Of a stretch of DNA of 17,663 bases, positions 7,739 through 14,840 are shown one piece after another; the stretch's first letter is position 1, and each line of letters opens with the position of its first letter. Both the position numbers and the translations under genes were made by a program. This DNA comes from Fidelibacterota bacterium (GTDB taxonomy: Bacteria; Fidelibacterota; Marinisomatia; Marinisomatales; S15-B10): NCBI GenBank assembly GCA_002729175.1, contig PBTS01000012.1, forward strand, positions 14,526 to 32,188. Reading direction: 5' to 3'. The notes beneath the pieces are model-generated. The model was not told where the DNA came from, searched no databases, and worked only from the letters and a program-made list of their open reading frames with translations.

Positions 7739-9918
7739 GTTGCCCTCTGAACGCTAACAGTACCGGGAATGTTCTCGATCTTTTTGATCACCATATTGAG
7801 TCTTCGGACGTTAGGAACCAAAATAACAATCATACACATAGCCACTGCATCTTCCACCTTAACGTCAACACTAGTGATATTTACACTAAGTCCCGAGATG
7901 GCTTCCGTCATATCCTTAAGGTACGCTTTTCTATCTTCAGCCATCACCTTAAGCTGAGAAAGGAATTCTGTCTTCCGCGCCACATCCCAATCAACTTCCA
8001 GAAATCGGTCAGAGGATTCGCTCATTATGGGCAAGTTTTGACATTCGGCCCGGTGGACCGTAACACCGCGACCACGAGTGACAAAGCCGATAATCTCATC
8101 ACCGGGTATAGGGTTGCAGCATTTGCCGAAATTGATGAGAATGTTGTCAATACCCTGAACCCTCACACCTCTGGCACTTCGGCGCGCAATATCTAAAAAG
8201 GACCGTTTTTCTTTTACTTCTTTAATGTCCGCTTCTGAAACCTGGGGAAACGCTTTACGAATGATTTCTCTTACGGTAGCCTGCCCACTGCCCAGTGCCA
8301 CCAGCATGGACTCTTCATCTCCATAGCCGGCTGCTGCGGGATCAGACATTAGCTCCTTCAATCTATCAATCTGCTTCATGCGTCGTAGCGTCTTTTCAAG
8401 AATCTCCTTGCCGAGTTTGGCACTTTCTTCTTTCTGTGAGTGGCGGTGCCAGCGCCGTATGTGGGTTCGCGCTTTGGTTGTTATAACAAATTTCAGCCAA
8501 GCGGCACTGGGAGTTTGAGAATCGGAGGCTATTATCTCCACTGTCTGACCACTCTTTAGCTCAGTATTCAGGGGGACGATTCGCCCGTCTACTTTTGCGC
8601 TGAGACAATGATGCCCCACTTCGGTGTGGACGTCGTAGGCGAAATCGATGGGCGTTGAACCTGAGGGTAGCTGAACAAGATCGCCAGCAGGGGTGAAAAC
8701 AAAAACCTCATTTTGGAACAGATCAATTTTTAGAAGATTCATGAATTCACCAGGATCGGCGGACTCGTCACTCAGGATGGACACAAGATCCCTCAGCCAT
8801 TGGACATGTTTATCCATATCACCTTTCTTCTTCCCATTTTCCTTATATCTCCAATGGGCTGCCACACCAATCTCGGCGGTGCGATCCATCTCTTCAGTTC
8901 TGATCTGAATCTCAACCATCTTCCCGGACGGTCCTATCACTGTTGTATGAAGCGACTGATAACCGTTGATCTTAGGCCTGGCAAGGAAGTCCTTAAACCT
9001 TTCATGGACCGGTGTATAAAGCTGATGGATTAGTCCCAGAGCTGAGTAGCACTCCGGTACATCACTAACGATAATTCTCAGGGCAAAGAGGTCATAAATT
9101 TCATCAAAAAGTTTTTCCCGAGACACCATTTTGTTATGGATGGACGCGTGGGATTTCAGCCGGGTCTTGAGGTTATAGGTGATGTTGTGGTCTCCGAGTT
9201 GCTGCTTAATAGGTTCTGTGATCTCCTTCAGCGTTTTCTTTCGCTTGCCACCAGTGGATTTGAGGAGTTTCTCTATCTCTTTATAGGCATCCGGCTCCAA
9301 TGTATTAAGCACAAGATCATCAAGTTTGCTTTTGATCTGGAACATACCGAGACGGTGCGCCAGGGGCGAATAGACGTCCCTCGTTTCAACAGCAATACGC
9401 CGCTGATTAATGAGCGGCAGATACTCTATTGTGCGCATATTGTGGAGGCGGTCAGCAAACTTGATAATGACAACCCGAAGATCTTTTGCCATAGAGAGAA
9501 ACATTTTCATAAGGTTCTCCGCCTGCTTCTCTTTCCTGCTGTCAAACTCCACTCCGCCCAACTTGGTAACGCCATCCACGAGTTCGGCAACTTCTTCACC
9601 GAATTCTTTTGTAATCTCATCGTAAGAAGCGTTGGTATCCTCTATACAGTCATGTAGCATACCGCCAACAATTGTGTGCATGTCCATATTCCACTCAGCA
9701 AGCAACTGCGCTACAGAGATACAGTGTTCGAAATAGGGTCGGCCCGATTTTCTCAGCTGCCCTTCGTGGCTATTCTTGCTGTACTGATAGGCAGGCCAAA
9801 GTTGTATCACGAGATCCTCACCGTTATTCTTCTGATGAACATCCACCAGTTTAACCAACTGAAGAAAATCCTTTGGGTAGGAGCCAGTAACAGTAGGGAT
9901 GAGATCAGCTACACGCAT
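7735..9918 (-). CDS. rel: Bifunctional (p)ppGpp synthetase/hydrolase, long RSH
   Basis: Hydrolase RKSGRPY, HDCIED and ADRLHNMRT; synthetase DLFALR, RFKD, YQSLHT and EIQIRT; TGS domain (TPIDFAYDVHT); CCNPIPGD; C-terminal ACT domain. Confidence 0.96.
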   Translation of the reverse strand: MRVADLIPTVTGSYPKDFLQLVKLVDVHQKNNGEDLVIQLWPAYQYSKNSHEGQLRKSGRPYFEHCISVAQLLAEWNMDMHTIVGGMLHDCIEDTNASYDEITKEFGEEVAELVDGVTKLGGVEFDSRKEKQAENLMKMFLSMAKDLRVVIIKFADRLHNMRTIEYLPLINQRRIAVETRDVYSPLAHRLGMFQIKSKLDDLVLNTLEPDAYKEIEKLLKSTGGKRKKTLKEITEPIKQQLGDHNITYNLKTRLKSHASIHNKMVSREKLFDEIYDLFALRIIVSDVPECYSALGLIHQLYTPVHERFKDFLARPKINGYQSLHTTVIGPSGKMVEIQIRTEEMDRTAEIGVAAHWRYKENGKKKGDMDKHVQWLRDLVSILSDESADPGEFMNLLKIDLFQNEVFVFTPAGDLVQLPSGSTPIDFAYDVHTEVGHHCLSAKVDGRIVPLNTELKSGQTVEIIASDSQTPSAAWLKFVITTKARTHIRRWHRHSQKEESAKLGKEILEKTLRRMKQIDRLKELMSDPAAAGYGDEESMLVALGSGQATVREIIRKAFPQVSEADIKEVKEKRSFLDIARRSARGVRVQGIDNILINFGKCCNPIPGDEIIGFVTRGRGVTVHRAECQNLPIMSESSDRFLEVDWDVARKTEFLSQLKVMAEDRKAYLKDMTEAISGLSVNITSVDVKVEDAVAMCMIVILVPNVRRLNMVIKKIENIPGTVSVQRAT

Positions 9919-11282
9919 CAGGCCGGTTCCTCAACCATCTGATCAAAAATAGTGGCACTTTCAAATTTGGCGTAGCTGTCAACAAAAATTGCCGAAACTG
10001 TACCTGTAGGACCGTTACGTTGTTTTGATACAATTATTTCGGCCTTTCGGCGATCCTCCTCATCACGGGTGTAGACCCATTTTCTGTAAAGAAACATCAC
10101 CACGTCAGCATCTTGTTCAATAGCACCGCTTTCCCGGAGGTCTGACAGCTGAGGCCGGTGATCGCTCCTCCCTTCCGGTGCGCGGGAGAGCTGAGACATC
10201 GCCACAACCGGAACCGATATCTCTTTCGAGAGCGCTTTAAGTGATCGTGATATTTGAGAAATCTCCTGTTGCCTACTCTCGGCGGATGCGGGACCACGCA
10301 TCATCTGTAAATAGTCCACCATAATGAGCTGCACATCACTCTCCGCCTTTAGGCGGCGAGCCTTTGCCCTCAGCTCGGTAATACCGATGGCAGGCGTATC
10401 GTCAAGAAAGATTGGTGCTTCCGCCAGCGTACCCACGGACATTGAAAGATTTCTCCACTGTTCTGTGGGAAGTTTTCCCGTTCTCACCAAGTGGCTATCT
10501 ACCCGGGCTTCAGATGTGAGCAGCCTCATGGCAAGTTGACTATTGGACATTTCGAGACTGAAAATACCCACAGGGATGTTGTGCTCAATGGCAGCGTTCC
10601 TAGCGAAGGTGAGGGCCAGAGCTGTCTTTCCCATACTGGGCCTTCCAGCCACAATAATCAACTCTCCTTCCTGAAAACCGGAAGTTATTTCATCCAGATC
10701 AGCCAGGCCCGAAGGAACCCCGGTCACTGAGCCAGGCCTCTGATGAATCTTATCCAGCCGTTCAAATGTCTCCTGGAGAACCGGATTGAGCTGGTGAAAC
10801 TTTCCTTTAAGTCGGCCTTGAGAGATTGCAAAAATTCTCTGCTCTGCCTGGTCCAGGATATCCTCAAGGTGTAGCTGATCATTGAACGCTTCGCTAGACA
10901 TTTCAGCCGCCGCTTCAATCAGGTTTCGAAGAGAAGCTTTTTCTAGAACAATCTTGGCATAGTGCTCAACATTGGCCGATGTAGGGACACTGTCTGAAAG
11001 ACCAGTGATAAAATAGGCACCACCACTGGAATCCAGCTGTTTCCGCTTTTTCAATTCATTAATGATCGACACGGCATCCACCGGCTCGCCCTGATTAAAG
11101 AGATCCTTCATAGCCTGAAAAATTCTCTGATGAGCGTCTTTGTAAAAGTAGTCAGGGGTAAGAATCTCAAGTGCCCGGCTCACGGCGTCCTTTGAGGTGA
11201 GCATAGAACCGAGGACAGCTTCTTCCGCTTCCAACGACTGAGGCGGTGTTTTAAGATGGAGTTCCTGAGAGTTTTCCGCCAC
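9918..11282 (-). CDS. dnaB: Replicative DNA helicase DnaB
   Basis: PPQSLEAEEAVLG, Walker A GRPSMGKT, FSLEM, Walker B IMVDYLQ, SQLSR, DLRESGAIEQDAD and KQRNGPTG; 454 aa, no intein. Confidence 0.98.
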   Translation of the reverse strand: MAENSQELHLKTPPQSLEAEEAVLGSMLTSKDAVSRALEILTPDYFYKDAHQRIFQAMKDLFNQGEPVDAVSIINELKKRKQLDSSGGAYFITGLSDSVPTSANVEHYAKIVLEKASLRNLIEAAAEMSSEAFNDQLHLEDILDQAEQRIFAISQGRLKGKFHQLNPVLQETFERLDKIHQRPGSVTGVPSGLADLDEITSGFQEGELIIVAGRPSMGKTALALTFARNAAIEHNIPVGIFSLEMSNSQLAMRLLTSEARVDSHLVRTGKLPTEQWRNLSMSVGTLAEAPIFLDDTPAIGITELRAKARRLKAESDVQLIMVDYLQMMRGPASAESRQQEISQISRSLKALSKEISVPVVAMSQLSRAPEGRSDHRPQLSDLRESGAIEQDADVVMFLYRKWVYTRDEEDRRKAEIIVSKQRNGPTGTVSAIFVDSYAKFESATIFDQMVEEPA

Positions 11283-11284
11283 GG

Positions 11285-11959
11285 TTATGCCTCAGCAATC
11301 AGTTTGTCGATCCATTGAAAATCTTCCCACGCCGGGCGCTTGAAGGCGGGGTTACGCAGAAGGGCTGCCGGATGGTAAGTAACCACAAGGTCAAAATTTT
11401 TCCACTTCCATTTTTGAGATCTCAGTTTTCCCAGCGGTGTTTTCACCTTAAGAAGTGCATGAGCGGAAGTTGCGCCCAGAGCCACAATCAGTTTTGGTTT
11501 GATGATATTAAGTTGCTGTTCCAGAAAAGGCATGCACGACTCAATCTCATCCTGGTGCGGCGTTCGGTTGTCCGGCGGCCGACACTTGAGAATGTTGCAG
11601 ATGTACACATCATCCCGGGATCGTTTTATAGCTTCGAGAATTTTATCCAGCAACTGCCCCGCCCTGCCTACAAAAGGTTCACCTTGAAGATCTTCGTCCC
11701 GGCCTGGTGCCTCGCCAACAAAGACCAGGTCAGCATGAGGATCACCCACGCCAAAAACAAACTTGATTCGGGTGTGACCAAGCGGACACTTTACGCACTT
11801 ACAGATTTGCTCTCGGAAACTGTCCAAGGTGAGGGAGCCATCTTGATCAGACAAGTCTGGAACACTGTCCAGATAGAGATTATTTCCGAACAACTCCGCC
11901 GTTTGACGGAAATACCTTTTCGCCAGGCCTGAAGCCGAAGATGAGTCGTCTACAGTCAC
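11285..11959 (-). CDS. Uracil-DNA glycosylase family 4 (4Fe-4S type)
   Basis: CVKC, GEAPGRDED..GEPFVG.AG.LL, NILKCRPP.NR.P, ESC and TYHPAALLR; all four Fe-S cysteines present. Confidence 0.95.
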   Translation of the reverse strand: MTVDDSSSASGLAKRYFRQTAELFGNNLYLDSVPDLSDQDGSLTLDSFREQICKCVKCPLGHTRIKFVFGVGDPHADLVFVGEAPGRDEDLQGEPFVGRAGQLLDKILEAIKRSRDDVYICNILKCRPPDNRTPHQDEIESCMPFLEQQLNIIKPKLIVALGATSAHALLKVKTPLGKLRSQKWKWKNFDLVVTYHPAALLRNPAFKRPAWEDFQWIDKLIAEA

Positions 11960-11960
11960 A

Positions 11961-12278
11961 CTACTCCTCCGCCGATTTTTCTCCCTCTTTATTACCGTAA
12001 GTCCACTCTAACTCATCATCGAGAAATTCTCCCAGTGCTTCCGTTGTGGCTTTTGGCATTTCAACGTAATTGATATCGGGTTCCAATTCCTCCAAATCTT
12101 CACCGTCCTCGAATTCGGCATTACTGTCGAATGTACGGATTTCGTTCCTGGCGATCCTCTCTCTGATTATCTGTCGGGCACGCTTGCCGATAACAAGAGT
12201 TGCCTCGAAGATATCTTCAGATTTTTGATTCATATCCCTGAAATGGGTTGTTTTAATTGACACGGTTTGGTCCTCCAT
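11961..12278 (-). CDS. rpoZ: DNA-directed RNA polymerase omega subunit
   Basis: DIFEATLVIGKRARQI and PKATTEALGEF match the omega core; it sits directly after gmk; acidic internal insert. Confidence 0.85.
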   Translation of the reverse strand: MEDQTVSIKTTHFRDMNQKSEDIFEATLVIGKRARQIIRERIARNEIRTFDSNAEFEDGEDLEELEPDINYVEMPKATTEALGEFLDDELEWTYGNKEGEKSAEE

Positions 12279-12831
12279 TCATTTGTTCAAGTTTTATTGC
12301 AATCTCGTTAACGGCCTGATCGATATCACTGTTTATAACCTCAATATCAAAACCGGGACTTTTTTCTATCTCCATTGCCGCACGCTTAAGTCTTTCTTCA
12401 ATCCGCTCTTCGGAATCAGCCCCCCGTTTCCGTAACCTATTCTTCAACACATCCAAACTGGGTGGATGAATAAAGACAGTAGCTGATTCATCCGGATACA
12501 CTTTTTTAATAGCCAGGGCACCGTTCACATCAACCTCAAGAATGAGAACTGTGCCATTTTGGAGAGCCGAGTCCACCACCGTCCGGGATGTCCCATACAT
12601 GTATCCATGTACTTCCTCATATTCCAACAGTTCCCGATTCTCAATACGCTTTGAGAACTCTTCGGCTGTAATGAATTCATAATCGTCGGCAGCCTTCTCA
12701 TAATCCCGTTTTGGCCGGGTAGTACAGGAGACGGAAAACTGCCAGCCAGGATGTAGCTCCTGCAGTTTTCTGACAATGGTTGTCTTCCCTGCTCCCGACG
12801 GGGCAGAGATGACGATCAATTTGGCGTTCAT
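12253..12831 (-). CDS. gmk: Guanylate kinase
   Basis: P-loop SAPSGAGKTT, SVSCTTRPKR, DYEF, LEYEEVHGYMYGT and FIHPPS. Confidence 0.97.
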   Translation of the reverse strand: MNAKLIVISAPSGAGKTTIVRKLQELHPGWQFSVSCTTRPKRDYEKAADDYEFITAEEFSKRIENRELLEYEEVHGYMYGTSRTVVDSALQNGTVLILEVDVNGALAIKKVYPDESATVFIHPPSLDVLKNRLRKRGADSEERIEERLKRAAMEIEKSPGFDIEVINSDIDQAVNEIAIKLEQMNGGPNRVN

Positions 12832-13694
12832 AAAATATTTTGCGCCTGCTCTTTAATTTTTTCAGCTTCTTCTTTCAAATCCACTACGTAGTTAATAACG
12901 GAAAGATCAGCTGATTTGGAACCTATTGTATTGATCTCCCGAACAACCTCCTGAAGAAGAAAATTGAGCCGTTTTCCAGCGGGCTCATCACCTTCAACGA
13001 GATTCCTGATTTGCTCAAAATGACTGGCACACCGGACACACTCCTCCGTCACGTCAGCTTTTTCAGCCAACACAGCCGCCTCCATAGCGATGCGAGATTC
13101 ATCCACGGAAGCACTGTTCAACAGAGCTTCAATTTTTTCTCTATATTTCTGGTTCAGATTTTTGCTGTTCTTTTCTACCGTTTGTCGAACTTTTTCCAAT
13201 ATTTTATCCATCTTAGCAACTCTCGACTGGATATCGGTTGCCAGCGTACCTCCCTCTTTCTCACGCATCTCGTTGAGTTGAGAAAGTGCCTCATCAAGAA
13301 CTGATAGTACAGCATCGTCGGAGATTTCAACAGGTTCCTGAGAGACCAGCAGATCACGCATGTCCATCAAATCCGTCAGTTTTAGGTCAAAACTGTACTC
13401 TCTCGAAATTTGGTCTGTCAGATCTTTGTAAGACTCAAACCGTTCTCGATCCAGTTTGGGCGCTCCGTTGACGGAGCCGTTGGAAGGCTCCAGTGAAACA
13501 GCCACTGTAATCCTTCCCCGCTCGCACGATTGGCGCAACCGACTGTTCATCTGGTCTTCCAGCCCTTCCAGCTGTTTCGGTAGCCGGAGACGGAAATCGA
13601 GAAAACGGTTGTTAAGGGAGCGAATCTCCACAGAGACAGTAACACCACCATCGGTGACGGAAGCACTGCCGAACCCTGTCATGCTACGAATCAT
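12828..13694 (-). CDS. yicC: YicC/YloC family endoribonuclease
   Basis: MIRSMTGFG, EIRSLNNRFLD, ADVTEECVR, GKRLNFLLQEVVREINTIGSK and EKIKEQAQNI; directly upstream of gmk. Confidence 0.96.
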   Translation of the reverse strand: MIRSMTGFGSASVTDGGVTVSVEIRSLNNRFLDFRLRLPKQLEGLEDQMNSRLRQSCERGRITVAVSLEPSNGSVNGAPKLDRERFESYKDLTDQISREYSFDLKLTDLMDMRDLLVSQEPVEISDDAVLSVLDEALSQLNEMREKEGGTLATDIQSRVAKMDKILEKVRQTVEKNSKNLNQKYREKIEALLNSASVDESRIAMEAAVLAEKADVTEECVRCASHFEQIRNLVEGDEPAGKRLNFLLQEVVREINTIGSKSADLSVINYVVDLKEEAEKIKEQAQNIL

Positions 13695-13799
13695 TCAACA
13701 CTCTGTTTATAAACATCATGGAATTTACTTTAATCCTGGCACTTAATGACACTTTCAGTTGGCTGTTTAAGAAGCTAATAATCAAGAAGTTATCAACAG
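13695..13799 (-). promoter_or_regulatory. AT-rich intergenic region, probable promoter/operator region for yicC and downstream genes
   Basis: The only gap longer than 18 bp in the window. It contains the palindrome TGTTTATAAACA (13704-13715) and TTATCAACA (13790-13798). I could not assign a clean -35/-10 pair. Confidence 0.45.
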
Positions 13800-14840
13800 T
13801 TACCGGCCGAGTCTTGATTGAAGAGAACTTAGAGCATCAAGTTTGAGATTCAAAGAAACGTAGTGGCTGCTACCAAGAACGGTACCCAAGGGCGACGGTA
13901 CGAAAGCGTAATCAATGTGGCCAAAATCGAAACCGAGGCCCAGGCCCATAGAGTAGCCAGAGAGAGGGTTTCTGCCTAATCTAACTCGGAGGTTTTCACC
14001 ATAGACGATCTCCGCTCCTGCTCGAAAGTGGGTTCCAATATTGCCGATGGCAAAATCGTCGTTTCGTGTTTTACCACCTAACGACATAACCGCCGTCGCC
14101 ATAACATTGATCCTAACGGGCACGTTCTGAAGGATCACCGAATGGGCATCTCCCACCCTTACTTCAGGAGCAATTCGCTCTACTGTACCGGAATCCCAAA
14201 CAATCCACGATGTGGTAACGTCCCGAACTGAGACACCAAAAACATTGTTGGGGGAAAAGTTCCGGGTGGCACCGAAGTCAAAGCCCATACCCCAGCCAGA
14301 ATACTCCCCAAGCTGGTGCATGAGAACTTTTGCATTACCCCCCAACTGCCAATCATTCCTCTGTGTGGCAAACCCCACCATACCGGCCCACTGCGACTGG
14401 TTGAAAAAGGTGACATTGGAAGAAAGAACACGTTCCGTGGGATCATCCAGAGAACCCGTTTCGTAAAGTAGCGCATCGGTGGTTCGGGGAATTCCCTGGA
14501 CTGCTTCCCTGATCACCACCAGTGACCACTTGGACGTAGGCCGCTCTTTCAGGTCTACACCAAGGATGTCGAATGTGACGGCGCCGGCGAACCGCTCCTG
14601 GTGAGCATAGACCAGGGACCGGGGGCTTTCGCCATGAAGGCGGGCCGGGTTCCAGAGAATAGCCAGAGGCCCGGTGGCAGAAGCTACTTCGGCCTCACTC
14701 AGCGCAATAGCCTTGGCATCCCCCACACCGCGGAAAACCTGGTTGCCGTACTTCACCCAGATGGACTCACCCCTCAGGGGGAAGAAAAAAGTTAAGATAA
14801 TAAAGGAAAAAGTGATGAGGTGTTGAATTTTAGAGATCAT
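13800..14840 (-). CDS. PorV/PorQ (UPF0164)-like outer-membrane beta-barrel protein
   Basis: Signal peptide, GVGDAKAIALSEA, ILWNPARL (WNPA.L motif), GMGFDFG, alternating beta-strand patterns and C-terminal IDYAF...LGSSHYVSLNLKL. Confidence 0.72.
   Translation of the reverse strand: MISKIQHLITFSFIILTFFFPLRGESIWVKYGNQVFRGVGDAKAIALSEAEVASATGPLAILWNPARLHGESPRSLVYAHQERFAGAVTFDILGVDLKERPTSKWSLVVIREAVQGIPRTTDALLYETGSLDDPTERVLSSNVTFFNQSQWAGMVGFATQRNDWQLGGNAKVLMHQLGEYSGWGMGFDFGATRNFSPNNVFGVSVRDVTTSWIVWDSGTVERIAPEVRVGDAHSVILQNVPVRINVMATAVMSLGGKTRNDDFAIGNIGTHFRAGAEIVYGENLRVRLGRNPLSGYSMGLGLGFDFGHIDYAFVPSPLGTVLGSSHYVSLNLKLDALSSLQSRLGR

Noticed and set aside
9136..9657. 173-aa plus-strand ORF
   Set aside because: Antisense shadow of rel with no recognisable domain.
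9918..11282. Intein in DnaB, a common insertion host
   Set aside because: The 454-aa length is standard and the motifs around Walker A are contiguous.
11315..11932. 205-aa plus-strand ORF
   Set aside because: It lies wholly antisense to the well-supported udg gene and has no recognisable motif; a shadow ORF.
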